NCBI RefSeq assembly: GCF_049060185.1
Contig: NZ_JBMEQO010000002.1
Direction: 5' to 3' (one strand)
Length of the DNA stretch: 64,000 nucleotides
From: Nannocystis pusilla
Lineage (GTDB): Bacteria; Myxococcota_A; Polyangia; Nannocystales; Nannocystaceae
Part shown: one piece after another, positions 53,128 through 64,000 of the stretch
Position numbering within the stretch: position 1 is the first letter of the stretch
Layout: each line of letters begins with the position of its first letter
Program-made: the position numbers and the translations under genes
The notes under the pieces: model-generated
Databases searched by the model: none
The model's input: the letters and a program-made list of their open reading frames with translations, nothing else
What the model was told of the DNA's origin: nothing

Positions 53128-53684
53128 TCAGAAGCCGCCAGGCGGATCGCAGGGCACGAGGTCGGCGAGCTCGAGCCGCGGTAACCACAGCAGGCGGATG
53201 CCCTCGAGGAAGCCGCCGAGGCAGCCGAGGTCGTATGTCCCGGGGGACAGCTGCACGGGGCGGCCGGCGTCGGTGCGGCAGAAGCCGGCGGGCTCGCCGA
53301 GGCGAATGTGGCCGAGGCGCTCCCAGGCGTCGATCTCGGCCCAGCGATCGGGCTCGAAGGCGAGTTCGATCCCGCGGAAGATCGCGGCGGGGTCGCGTGC
53401 GCGCAGGCCGGCGGCGAGCACCTGCGGGACGCGGGGGTAGTGCGCGAGCGAGGGCCAGCGCGCCAGGAGGTCGAGGTCGCGGGCGTCGACCGGCTCGCGG
53501 TGGACGGTCGGGCGAGGCGCAGGCGAGGACCCGTGCGTGAGGTCGAGGTCGCGAGGGACGAGCGGGCGCGAGGTCGGTGCCCCGGGGTGTCGGTCTCGGG
53601 CGCAGCAGCGGGCGCCGGGTCCCCGCAGGCGAGCGCGGCCGCCAGGCCAGCCGTGAGCACCCGCGGGTCGCGCACGAGAGGCAT
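53128..53684 (-). CDS. Hypothetical lipoprotein (frame change about 53580)
   Basis: Signal MPLVRDPRVLTAGLAAALACG. C-terminal part ...DPAAIFRGIELAFEPDRWAEIDAWERLGHIRLGEPAGF...LVPCDPPGGF* is in another frame. Confidence 0.4.
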
Positions 53685-53798
53685 CTAACCGCAGCGAGCG
53701 GCCTTCGTCGAGGTGCCGGTGGGACGGGTGGCCAGGAGCGTCGGCTCGCTCGGAGCCGCGCGAGAATGTTGGAGAGGGCATGGCCGGATGGCCAGGTG

Positions 53799-55880
53799 TC
53801 AGTGCGAGGCGGCGATCACCGTCAGCGTGCGGCGCAGGACCAGGATGGTCCAGGTGTCGGTCAGCGGCAGGGCGGGGATCGTCACGCTGCCGTCGAGGCC
53901 GGCGACCACCTCGCCGTGGTCCTGTCCGAAGGACCAGGCGACGCGCTCGCCGGGGCGACAGCGGAAGGCCTGGGCGCGGCGCGGGGTCACGTCGACGAAC
54001 GCGGGCAGCTCGGCCATCACCCGGTCGCCCTCGCTCGGGTAGCCGGGCGCGGGCGGGTCGGCGCCGTCGCCGGCGTGGACGCGCAGGGCGAATTGCAGGC
54101 GGTCGACGGTGTCGACCACCGACGCACCGTCCCAGCGGAGGAACCGGCCGAGCGCGCCGGCGATGGCGCCGTCCCAGCCGGTGTCGCCGGCGACGGCGAC
54201 CTCGCCGGCGAAGCCCGCGTTGGCGCTCCAGTCCTGCTTGCCGTTGCCGACGCCGATGCCGGGGTCGTCGTCGAGCGAGGAGTACGAGAAGGCGGGGAAA
54301 GCCCGGTCGCGGCGCAGGGTGGCCTCTTCGCCGTTGATCGGCGCCCACGAGCCGGCCCACCAGCTGTCCCCGAGGACAGGATCGGCGACGCCGTGGCCGC
54401 CCTCGTCCCAGATGGCGAAGTGGCCGACGCCGCGGCTCTGCAGCGCCTGATAAAAGCTCTCGCCGGTGCGCGGGCTCGGCAGGACGGTGGCGCCGAAGTG
54501 GATGGTCGGGTCGTCCTTGCCGTGCTTGAGGAACAGAAACTGATCGCGGGCCTCGCTCGACTCGGCGAGGGCGCGCGTCAGGTCCATGTGATCCCAGGCC
54601 GACAGGCCGCCGCCGCCGTCGAGGTCGAGCTCCGGCGCGCCCCACCAGCCGGACAGCTGGGTGATCCGCGACGGCCGGTGGTTGCGCGCGATCGCCTGGC
54701 CGAGGCGCGCGTCGATGTAAGCGAAGTGACGCCCGCGCAGGAGGCCGAGCAGCATCGCCCCGGCGCCGCCCATCGAGCTGCCGTAGACGTAGACGCGCTG
54801 CGGATCGGCCTCGGGGTGATGGCGCAGGACGTACTCGACGAGGTGGAGCACGCGGCGCATGGTGTAGTCGGGCGCGGCGCCGCCGGCCGCGGGATCGACG
54901 TCGGGCAGCGAATCGGCGTAGCCCCACCAGTAGGTGTTGTCGGGGTCGTGCGGGGAGATCCGGATCTCGTTGGCCGAGCCGGTGCCGCCGGGGTTGGCCG
55001 TGGCGAAGCCGTGCAGGCCGATCCGCACCGGCACGCCCTCGAGTGGGACCTCGAGCGGGACCATCACCTTGGCGACGAACTCGCGGCCGGCGTAGCCGGG
55101 CTGTCGAGGTACTCATCTGTCTTTTGAGCCAGGGTGTAACGGACATATCCGCTGGCGTCGAAAAACTCGGTGTCGACGACCTCGGGCCACGGCGGCTGGA
55201 TGGTGTCGCGGACGACGACGTCGAAGGTGGCCTCGACGCGCGACTCGTGGTCGTGGGCCAGCACCGTGACGGTCCAGCGATCGCCGCCCTGGGTGAAGTC
55301 GGGGGTGAAGCGGAAGGTGCGGGTCGGCTCGTCCCAGGTGGCGCCCGGCGGCAGGCCGAGCACGTGGACCCGCAGGGCCGCGGGATCGACGACGTCGACG
55401 ACGTCGACGACGAGGCCGACCTCGGTGTCCTCGTCGACCCCGACCTCGGCGGGCACGAGGATCCGCGGGGCCGAGCGCTCGACGGCGAGGGTCAGCGGGC
55501 GCGACTCCTCGTCGTCGCGGCGGACCAGCACCTCGTAGTCGCCGCGCTTGCGCGGGCCGCTGTGGGCGTGCAACTCGCCGCCCGAGACGAAGGTGGTCGG
55601 CAGCTCCTGGCCGGCGACGACGACGACGCTCGAGCGCGTGAAGCCGGCGCCGGTGACGTGGAGGTCGAAGGCGACGCCGCCGGGCGCAGGGTCGGGCGAG
55701 AGCGCGTCGAGCTCGAGCGGCGCGAGCTGGGGCCGCCCAGCGGGCCCTGGCTGACGGGCGGGCGCGTCGGCGGCGTCTGTTCGTCAGGGATGGCGCCCGA
55801 GAAGCCGCTGTAACAGCCGGCGAGGGCGAGCCACGTGACCGTGAGGCACGCGCGCGAGACCAGGCCAGAGCAGGACAACA
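53799..55880 (-). CDS. Secreted lipoprotein with N-terminal beta-sandwich region and C-terminal alpha/beta-hydrolase (esterase, GxSxG) domain; at least two frame changes
   Basis: Signal MLSCSGLVSRACLTVTWLALAGC (lipobox). VYVYGSSMGGAGAMLLG nucleophile elbow. Segments found in ORFs 55492-55989, 55064-55573 and 53799-55067. Confidence 0.6.
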
Positions 55881-56115
55881 TACGCTGATCTTTCCCACGA
55901 CGTTCGCCGATGCGCCAGCGCCGACCGACGAAGTTTCTGTGACGTGGTCGCAAGACCGGCGAGCGGACGGCCCGCGATCCGGCGCACAAGGTAGGTCCGC
56001 GGCGCGACCTTCCTGGGGCGAGGCGTCGCCGCGGTCACGCCTCCGGTGCCCTGCTCGTTCCCCTAGGGCTCCCGCCGGATGTCGATTGCGACATGGCGGA
56101 AAGGACATGCGAACA

Positions 56116-59100
56116 TCAGGCCGGGTGACGCTCGAGCCAGGCGTCGACCTCGGCCTGGTAGTGCTTCGCCCCTGCTTTCGAAACAGGGTCTGCGCCGAGA
56201 CAGCGAGGGTGCGTGCCTGTGCGCGATCTCCGCGAGAGTCCCAGAGGACCTGTGCGAGCTGGAATTCGGCCTGGGCGCGCTGGATGGGGGCGTTGCGCGG
56301 ATCGAGCAAGGAAATGCTGCGCTCGAGATCCCGGCGTGCGTCGTCGAGGCGACGTTGCGACTGCCGCACCCTGGCGCGAGGGGTCAGGACCTCGGACATC
56401 CACAGCGAGTCGCCGCCGTAGTTGCGCTCGATCGCCGCGACGGCGGCGTCGGCCTCGCGCTCGGCCGCCGACAGGTCGCCGAGCCCCGCGAGCGCGACCC
56501 CGGATCGCCCGGCTGACGGCGGTATAGAGGTTGTCCTCGCCGAGCACCGAGGCGGAGAGGGGCAGGGCCTTGTCGGTGTGGTCGCGGGCCGCGGCGTAGT
56601 TGTCGCGGGCGAGCTCGATCTGCGCCAGAGCGAGGTGGGCCAGCACGGTGCCCTGGGGGTCGGGGCTCTGCGCGGCGCTCCAGATGGCGAGCGCGCGGGT
56701 GGCGTGCTGCTCGGCCAGTCCGAGCTCGCCGCGCACCTGCTGGACCGAGGCGAGGCGCTCGAGCATGGCGGCCACGCGGGTGCTCAGCGGGCCGAAGTTG
56801 TGCTCCCAGATCGCCCGCGCTTCCTCGTAGGCGTCGAGGGCCGCGCCGAAGTCGCCGCGCTGGGCGGCGATGTCGGCCAGCGCCGACAGCGGGTACGCGA
56901 GCCGCTCGTGACGCGGCGGCAGGGCGGCGCGGAGGATCGTCAACGCGGCCCGCTGGTGCTGCTCGGCGGTGTCGAAGTCGCCGCGCAGGGTGGCGACGTT
57001 GCCGAGGTCGCCCAGGGAAAAGGCGTTGCTCGGGTGACCCTCGCCGTAGATGTCGCGGCGCAGGGCCAGGAGGTCCTCGAAGATGATCTGCGCCGGCTCG
57101 AGCTGACCGAGGCTGAGGTGGACGTTGGCGAGGTTCTGGCGCGTGGTGACGGAGGCGATCGAGCGCTCGGGCAGGTCGGCGAGCGAGCGGCGGTAGTGGT
57201 CGATGGCGGTGCCGTACTCGCGGCGGGCTTCGGCGATCTGGCCGCGGTGGAACTCGAGGTCGCCGCCGAGGCGGGCGGGCGACCGAGGCGCTCGTAGAGT
57301 GCCTCGGCGTGGCGCAGCCACGGCTGGGCGTCGTCGGGGTGGCCGAGGGTCTGCGCGAGGCGGCCGGCGAAGCCGCTGGCTGTCTCGAAGGCCAGGCGGT
57401 CGTGGCCGGCGGCGAGCGCCTCCCAGTAGGCGTCGCCGTACACGCGGACGCCGTCGTCGTACTTGCTGGCGACGAACAGCTGGTCGGCGAGCTGCGCCAA
57501 CACCTCGGCGCGCAGCGGGCGGTAGCCGAGGTCGCGCGAGCGCTGCTCGGCGGCCTCGAGCAGGTTGAGACCGGCGCCGGGGTGCCCGGCCGCCGCCTCG
57601 GCGCTGGCGAGCGAGAGCTGGTCGCGCAGGCCTTGCACGGTCTCGACGAGCGCGGGCGCGGGCGGGGCGACGTCGGCGCGGAGGGCGTCGAGGTCGGCGC
57701 AGCGGGCCGGGGCGGCAAGGCCTCGACTGCGTCGTGGGCGTGCGCGACTGCGTCGGCGTCGGCCCCGGCGAGCACGCCGAGCAGGGCGTCGAGCTCGTGG
57801 CGGCGATCCTCGAGGCAGTGCATGCGCCTGTCCAAAGGTCATGTGATTGTTCGCCGCGGATGTTGGCCGCCGCGCACGCGTCGGTGTGGCCGGCGATCCA
57901 CGCCTCGGCCCAGGCGTCGACGCGCGCGCCGGCGCGGGCGGCCGCGTCGGGGGCGTAAGGCAGGCCGGTGGCCGCGAAGGCGGCGTCGAGGGCGGCGCGT
58001 CGCTCGGGGTTCCACGTCGGCGCGAGCGCCTCGGCGGCGCCGGTACACAGCGCGGGCGCTTCGCCGGCGAGGGCGAAGGCGACGGCGCCGGCGACCAGCA
58101 GCGCGCCGCCGCCGGCGAGGGCCCAGCGCCTGCGGTCGCGCCGCAGCGGCCGCTCGAGCGCGTCGAGCAGCGCCTGCATCGAAGGCCACCTGTCCCCGGG
58201 TTCAGCCGCGAGGCCGCGGAGGATGGCGCGGTGGATCGCCGGCGGGACCTTGGCGGGGCGCCGCGGCGGCTCGACGCGACCGCGGGCCTTGGCCGCCTCG
58301 AGCGCGAACAGGTTGTCGCCGCTGAACGGGCGGTTGCCGTAGAGGCCCTCGTAGAGCGCGACGCAGAAGCTGAACTGATCGGCGCGCTCGTCGATCGCGG
58401 CGCCGCCCCGTTGCTCCGGGGCCATGTAGGCCGGCGTGCCGACGAGGGTGCCGACGCGGGTGAGCGGGCCGGACACCAGCGACGAGGACAGCGGATCGAT
58501 CGGGGCGCCGGGGTCGGGCGAGGCGGCGGGGCTGGTCGGCTCGACCTCGCCGGCGGGCCGCGCCAGGCCGAAGTCGAACACGCAGATCCGACCTGTCTCT
58601 CCGACCAGGACGTTGCCGGGTTTGAAGTCGCGGTGGATGATGCCGACGGCGTGCGCAGCGACCAGGCCGCGGCCGGCGGCGAGGAACACGTCGAGGACCT
58701 CGCGCACGCCGCGGACGCGGTCGTCGAGCCACTGGGCGAGGGTGATGCCGGGGACGTACTCCATCACCAGGAACACGCCGGCGGCCTGCGGTATCCTGTC
58801 CTTCGGGACAGGCTCCGTGCGGTGCGGGCCGATCCGCATGGTGGTGAGGGCGTCGGCGTCGTAGCTGCCGACGTCGTGGACCGCGACGACGTTGCCGTGC
58901 GACAGCCGGGCCAACGCCTGGGCCTCGCGCAGCAGGCGGGCGTGCGCGGCCTGGGCCGGGCCGTCGCCGGGGCCACGCGCAGCAGCTTGATCGCGACCTT
59001 GCGATCGAGGCTGGGATCGTAGGCGAGGTAGACGACTCCCATGCCGCCGGCGCCGAGGCGACGCACGAGGACGTAACGGGTGAGCTGAAGCGCGCGCTCC

Positions 59101-59296
59101 CGCTGCGACAGCGACGAGCGGTCGAGGGCCAGGGGCGGGCTCGGCGGGCTCGCGGCGGGCCGCGCACGGGGCGACAGATCTCCGGCCAGAGTCTCGTCGG
59201 TGGCGAAGTCCGGCCGCGGAGGAAGGTCGCCGACAAGCGTGGGATCGGGGTCCGGCCCGGAGGACCGCGGGGTGGGATCACCGCCGGCGCGCGACA
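56116..59296 (-). CDS. Serine/threonine protein kinase with C-terminal TPR-like repeats (about 1060 aa; multiple frame changes)
   Basis: RRLGAGGMGVVYLAYD...VAIKLL (subdomains I-II), HRDFKPGNVLV, DFGLARP, GTPAYMAPE. Long TPR-like region (...LANVHLSLGQLEPAQIIFEDLLALRRDIYGEGHPSNAFSLGDLGNV...). Confidence 0.8.
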
Positions 59297-59385
59297 TCTG
59301 CGGGTCCAGGTTAACCCGGCGGTGCTGCGCTGTGTTGTCGGGCTTGAGGCGCAATGCCGCGCGCCTGTATCATCCCGCCGATCGC

Positions 59386-60407
59386 ATGACCGTCCTCGTC
59401 ACCGGCGCCGCGGGTCACATCGGCGCGAATTAGTCCGTACGTTGCTGTCTCGCGGCGAGCGCGTCCGCGTGCTCGTCCGCAATTCCCAGCGCGCGCTCGC
59501 GGGACTCGACGTCGAACGCGTCACCGGCGACGTGCGCGATCCGGACGCGGCGCGCCGCGCGACCGCAGGCGTCGACGTCGTGTATCACCTCGCGGCCCAG
59601 ATCTCGATCTCGGGCGACCCGCGGGGCTGGTGCGCGCGGTCAACGTCGACGGCGTGCGCTCGATCGCCGAGGCGGCGCTGGCCGCGGGCGTGCGCCGGCT
59701 GGTCCACTGCAGCTCGGTCCACGCGTTCGACCTCTACCGCGAGGGCACGAGCGGCGTGGAGGTCGACGAGCGCTGGCCGCGGGTGCCCGACGAGCCGAGC
59801 CACTTCGCGTACGACCGCTCGAAGGCGGCCGGCGAGCGGGCGCTCCGCGAGGTGATGGGTCGTGGCCTCGACGCTGTGATCGTGCATCCCTCGGGCGTGA
59901 TCGGGCCGTACGACTTCGGACCGTCGCGCATGGGCCGGATGTTCCTGCAGCTGTACCGGCGGTCGCTGCCGAGCCTGATCGACGGGGCGTTCGACTTCGT
60001 CGACGTGCGCGACGTGGTGGCCGGGATGCTGGCCGCGCAGGCCCGCGGCGAGAACGGCGAGAACTACCTGCTGACGGGGCACACGGTGCACGTGCGCGAC
60101 ATCGGAGCCATCGCCGAGGCCATCACCGGCGTCAAGCCGCCGCGGCTGGTGGCGCCGATCTGGTTCGCGCGCATCGGGGTGCCGCTGTTCGGGGTCGCGG
60201 GCGCGGTGATGCGGCAGGAGCCGCTCTACACCCACGAGTCGCTGTCGGTGCTGGCCACGCGCGCGCTTCGACCACGGCAAGGCCGAGCGCGCGCTCGGCT
60301 ACACGGTCCGGCCGTTCGCCGACAGCGTGCGCGACATCTACGAGTGGTTCGACGCCGCGGGGATGCTCGGCAAGAAGCGCCTGGCGAGCAGCGAGACGCG
60401 GATCTGA
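59386..60407 (+). CDS. NAD-dependent epimerase/dehydratase family protein (about three frame changes)
   Basis: MTVLVTGAAGHIGAN, DVVYHLAAQISISGDP, fragments in ORFs 59322-59855 and 59630-60445. C-terminal ...DIYEWFDAAGMLGKKRLASSETRI*. Confidence 0.65.
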
Positions 60408-60419
60408 GCCGCTGTCCCG

Positions 60420-60545
60420 CGGGACATGGCCTGCAGGACAGGTAATGAAATGCCCGAGAGCGCGGATGGCTCTCGGGGCATGGTGAAAGGGCAGGTTCGA
60501 TGGGGCATGTCGCGGAGGACATGCCCGAAAGGTCACCAGGACGGC
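60420..60545. repeat. Phased array of about nine 14-bp units built on (G)GRCATG / GRCAGG cores
   Basis: Cores at about 60425, 60439, 60451, 60465, 60479, 60491, 60506, 60520, 60534. Between convergent ends, and overlaps the stop of the small lipoprotein gene. Confidence 0.7.
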
Positions 60546-60821
60546 TTCTCTTCCTCGGGGCCCGGGTCGGGCTTGGCGGCGCCGGAGGGCTTGTTGGCGG
60601 CGTCCGGCGCGGGCGGGGTCGCCGGCGGGGCGGCCTCGGGCGCGGCGGGCGGAGCGGCGACCGGCGCCGGGGTCGGCTGGGGTTGAGCGGGCGGCGGGGT
60701 CGCGGTCTTGGTGTCGGCCTTGGTCTCGACTTTCTTGGCGTCCTTGCTGCCGCAGGCCGGGGTGGTGGCGGTGGCGAGCAGCATGGTGGCCGCGAGGAAC
60801 TTCTCCAGGTCGATCTTCATC
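60533..60821 (-). CDS. Small Pro/Ala-rich lipoprotein (about 96 aa)
   Basis: MKIDLEKFLAATMLLATATTPACGS lipobox signal; low-complexity PA-rich mature part. Confidence 0.6.
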
Positions 60822-60948
60822 GCTGTCTCCTTCGTGGCGCGGTCGCCGCGCCGTGCCGCGCGAGTATAACCCCGTCCTCGCGGGTCGCCACGAACCGGCG
60901 CGGACGGACGGGCGCCCTGCGCGGGCTCGCCGCGGGGCTGGCCCAAGG

Positions 60949-61733
60949 TCAGGCGCCGGTGAACTTCGCCGCCCGCCGCTCGACGAACGACTGCATGCCC
61001 TCGCGCGCGTCGTCCGAGCCCATGATCGCGCGGACCTCGGCCATCATGCCGGCGAGGGCGGCCTCGGGACCGCGCTCCACGGTGGTGCGGGCGGTGGTGA
61101 GGGTGGCCCGCACGCCGAGCGGGGCCTGGGCGGCGATCGTGGCCGCGATCTCGGCGGCCCGCTCGACCTGCTTGCCGGGCTCGACCACTTCCTGCGCGAG
61201 GCCGATCCGCAGCGCCTCGGCGGCGTCGAACATGTCGCCGGTGAGGAGCCAGCGCATCGCGTTGCCCCACCCGGCGACCTGGGGCAGCCGCAAGGTCGCG
61301 CCGCCGAACGGGAAGATCCCGCGCCGGATCTCGATCTGGCCGAAGCGCGCGTCGCTGGCGGCGATCCGGATGTCGGCGGCCAGCATCAACTCGATGCCGA
61401 GGGTCAGACAGAAGCCCTGGACGGCCAGCACGACCGGCTTGCTGCGGACGCGGCCGTAGAGGCCGAGGGGGTCGACCGCCTCCGCGGGGAACAGCGGCTC
61501 GCCGCGCGCGACTGCGGGCCGACCTCGGCGAGGTCGAGGCCGGCAGTGAAGTGATCGCCGTGGGCGAACACGACGGCGCAGCGCAGCTGCGGGTCGTCTT
61601 CGAATTCAGTGAAGGCCTCCGCAAGCTGCCGCAGCATGGCGAGGTCGAAGGCGTTGCGCTTGGCGGCGCGGTCGAGGCCGATCATCCGCACGTGGCCGTG
61701 TGTCTGGGTCGAGATCCGGCGGTCCGTGGACAT
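60949..61733 (-). CDS. Enoyl-CoA hydratase/isomerase family protein (one frame change)
   Basis: IGLDRAAKRNAF, AVVFAHGDHFTAGLDL in one frame. C-terminal LAVQGFCLTLGIELMLAADIRIAA...RRAAKFTGA in the adjacent frame. Confidence 0.75.
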
Positions 61734-61785
61734 GCGCGCGAGCATACACCGCGGGACGGTGCGGCGGGAGGATGCGTATGTCTGA

Positions 61786-62613
61786 ATGGACATGGTGGAA
61801 GAGACAGGCGACGAGACGGCGCTCGCGGGCGGGGAAGGGTGGTATCGTGGCGGCATGGCCGACGAGCCGACCGGAGACGAGATGATGGCCGCGCTCATCG
61901 AGCTGCACCGCGGGCTCGAGCGCATGGGGCCAGGAGACCCGCGGTTCAGCCGGGAGATCCTGGCGAGCTTGCCGGCGCTGCCGGAGGCGCCGCGGATCGC
62001 CGACCTCGGCTGCGGCGCGGGGGCCGGGGCGCTGCTGCTGGCGGAGACGTTCGGGGTGCCGGTGATCGCGGTCGATGCGTTGCGGGCGTTCCTCGACCAG
62101 CTCGAGGCGCGGGCGCGCGAGCGCGGGCTCGCGTCGCTGGTACGCGCGGTGGAGGCCGACTTCGGAGCGCTCGACTGGCCGGCAGGATCGATCGACTTGC
62201 TGTGGTCGGAGGGGCGGCGTACCACCTGACGTTCGCGGGCGCGGTGCAGCGCTGGCGACCGCTGCTGGCGCAGGGCGGGTTCGCGGTGATCTCGGAGGCG
62301 ACTTGGTGGACCGAGACACCGGCCGCGGCGGCGCGCGAGTTCTGGGCTGCCGGTTATCCGACGATGGGGACGGAGGCGACGAACGCCGCGCGCGCGAGAG
62401 GCAGGGTTCGCGGTGCTGGGCGTGCATCGGCTGCCGGCGCGAGCGTGGTGGGACAACTACTACGGGCCGCGCCTGCGCCGGGTGGAAGAGGTCCGTGAGA
62501 CGGCGGACGCGGCGATGCGAGCGGCCATCCGCGAGACGGAGGCGGAGGTGGCGATGTTCCGCGCGCACGCCGAGGACTACGGGTACTCGTTCTACGTGCT
62601 GCGGGCGGTGTGA
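61786..62613 (+). CDS. Class I SAM-dependent methyltransferase (two frame changes)
   Basis: Motif I IADLGCGAGAGALLLAE; post-I acidic residue; the remainder continues in the ORF 62413-62613 frame. Confidence 0.6.
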
Positions 62614-62622
62614 CGGGCAGGC

Positions 62623-62690
62623 TGGTCGACGGGACAGGTCGCGCGGATGGTCGAATGGACATGACTTGAAGGACATGTCCTGAGATGTCC
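62623..62690. repeat. Array of five GGACA-type units (GGACAGGTCG / GGATGGTCGA / GGACATGACT / GGACATGTCC / AGATGTCCG) at about 10-14 bp spacing
   Basis: Between convergent ends of the methyltransferase gene (about 62613) and the PHP-domain gene (62708). Confidence 0.65.
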
Positions 62691-62707
62691 GTTCGGCGTG
62701 CGGGGCC

Positions 62708-63940
62708 TCAGTGGCGGCGGCGGCGGAGCGCGAGCAGGCTGGCCGCGAGGACAGGTGAGAGCGGGCCGTCGTGGCGGCAGCCGCAGCCGCTCTCCGGCGG
62801 GCTCGCTCCGGCCGAGTCGCTGGCGGTGGCGGGGTCGGAGCTCCCGGTGCTCGCGGTGGTCTCGGGGCCGGTGGTCGGGTCGCCGGTGGTCTCGTGGCCG
62901 GTGGTCGGGGCTTCGACCGGCGGGGCGGCGATCCACAAGTGGTTGGTAACGGTGCGCGGCTTGCCGTCGACGAGGACCTCGGCGCGGACGCGCGTGGAGC
63001 CGGCGGCGGGCGGCTCGACGAGGAAGTCGTGGGTGAACGGGTCGCCGGCGACGGGCACCGCATCGAGGGGTTTGCGGTCGCGGACCAGGCGGACGCTCGC
63101 GCCCGCGGGGGCGCCGGTGACCCGCACTGTGATGACGGCCTGGCTCGCTTCGAGGCTGTCCCCGGGGACATGTGTCCCGGAGGACAGCTCGAGCATCGGG
63201 TCGGCCGGGCCCTGCAGCTTGACGACGGTGCGGCCGGCGCGGAGGCCGGCGAGGATGGCGTCGACGCCGAGGGTATCGGCGTACACGAGGGTGGTGGGGT
63301 CGCCGATCGGGCTGTCGAAGCCGCCGAGGTCGACGCCGGCCTTGTGATCGTCGCTGCCGCCGATCGGGGCCGGACGGTGGCCCTGGTCGCACAGGTCGTC
63401 CCAGAAGCGCATGGCGTCGTCGGTGAAGAACATGCCGGCCTTGTCGAGGCCGCCGGTCGCGATCTCGACGGCGCCGAGGCGAGCAGGGTCGAGGTCGAGT
63501 TGCCAGGCGCAGCCGATGCACAGATCGCCGAGCGCGAGGGCGGGGTGATTGGCGCTCAGCACGGCGCCCTGCAGGTCGTAGGCGTCGGCCGCGGCGGTGA
63601 TGCTGACGCCGGGCTGGCCGAGCTTGTGATCGACCCAGGCGGTCGCGCCGATGGCGTTCATGTGGCCGGCGTAGGTGGTGAACTCGCAGCCGGGGACGAA
63701 CAGGAGGTCGGGGTGGCGGGCCTGGGCGTCGGCGAAGAAGTCGAGGTGCGAGGTGGTGTTGTGGTCGGTGACGACCACGAAGTCGAGGCCGCGGCCGCGT
63801 GCGAACTCGGCGATGGCGTCGAGGGTCGGCGAGGCGTCGCCGCTCTCGCGCGAGTGGACGTGGAAGTCGCCAGCGTACCGGCGCGGGCCGCCGCCGAGCG
63901 TGGCCGGCTGCCAGGGCGCGCGCTCGGGCTGGGCCGGCAA
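62708..63940 (-). CDS. PHP-domain metal-dependent phosphoesterase-like protein with C-terminal MYXO-CTERM sorting signal
   Basis: GDFHVHSRESGDASPTLDAIAEFARGRGLDFVVVTDHN. C-terminal ...GCGCRHDGPLSPVLAASLLALRRRRH (GCGC + hydrophobic + RRRR). Internal palindrome CCGGGACACATGTCCCCGG at about 63160-63185 encodes SGTHVPG. Confidence 0.75.
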   Translation of the reverse strand: MPAQPERAPWQPATLGGGPRRYAGDFHVHSRESGDASPTLDAIAEFARGRGLDFVVVTDHNTTSHLDFFADAQARHPDLLFVPGCEFTTYAGHMNAIGATAWVDHKLGQPGVSITAAADAYDLQGAVLSANHPALALGDLCIGCAWQLDLDPARLGAVEIATGGLDKAGMFFTDDAMRFWDDLCDQGHRPAPIGGSDDHKAGVDLGGFDSPIGDPTTLVYADTLGVDAILAGLRAGRTVVKLQGPADPMLELSSGTHVPGDSLEASQAVITVRVTGAPAGASVRLVRDRKPLDAVPVAGDPFTHDFLVEPPAAGSTRVRAEVLVDGKPRTVTNHLWIAAPPVEAPTTGHETTGDPTTGPETTASTGSSDPATASDSAGASPPESGCGCRHDGPLSPVLAASLLALRRRRH

Positions 63941-64000
63941 GGTCGGGGCGTCGCGCAGGGTGACGGTGATCAGGTACTCGCCGGGCGGCGCGGCGAGCTT

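Overview
The window is about 64 kb of very GC-rich DNA (roughly 70% GC or more, with GC-rich third codon positions in the genes I trust). It looks myxobacterial (Myxococcota). The markers for that are a MYXO-CTERM tail (GCGC followed by a hydrophobic stretch and RRRR), Myxococcus cysteine-rich repeats, a CarD-like CdnL regulator, a DUF4388 plus roadblock/LC7 gene pair, a TPR-containing Ser/Thr kinase, and many lipoproteins. I found no rRNA, tRNA or CRISPR.

Gene content in order: an SDR/FabG-like C-terminal fragment, then an HMG-CoA-synthase cassette (HMGS, ECH1, ECH2, two FabI-like reductases, ACP). Then tandem-repeat-rich intergenic DNA, a PduO-type adenosyltransferase, the roadblock/DUF4388 pair, a repeat-bearing membrane protein, a macro-domain protein, cdnL, nadB, an SLT transglycosylase, pgsA and a PabB/TrpE-like gene. 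Next come two tandem lspA copies separated by tandem repeats, two epimerases, a beta-barrel OMP, a PlsC-like acyltransferase, a cysteine-repeat lipoprotein, mdh-sucC-sucD, an M28/PDZ peptidase, a beta-propeller lipoprotein and pepF. Then a divergent TetR/FAD-monooxygenase pair with a duplicated palindromic operator, a dienelactone hydrolase, an MsrP-like oxidoreductase, a LuxR-type response regulator, an AAA+ ATPase, smpB and comF. After that a tightly coupled operon runs hypothetical, GRAS-family protein, unknown 180-aa protein, PP2C phosphatase, RsbW-like kinase, STAS-like protein, class III nucleotide cyclase. The window ends with DUF218, a secreted alpha/beta hydrolase, the STPK-TPR kinase, an epimerase, an enoyl-CoA hydratase, a SAM methyltransferase and a PHP-domain MYXO-CTERM protein.

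Two caveats dominate. First, at least 25 genes are broken by single-base frame changes that map to G/C (sometimes A/T) homopolymer runs, so ORF coordinates are approximate and most are probably assembly indels. Second, a dispersed family of short arrays built on the perfect palindrome GGACATGTCC (half-site GGACA), phased at about 13-14 bp, is scattered through the window, mostly between convergent gene ends but also inside coding sequence. One exact 14-bp insertion of this kind frameshifts the cyclase gene and cannot be a homopolymer error.

The most system-like unusual loci are the GRAS / partner-switching / cyclase operon and the ACP-linked HMGS cassette. All coordinates are approximate (plus or minus a few bases) because the ORF track and my own counting disagree by 1 in places.
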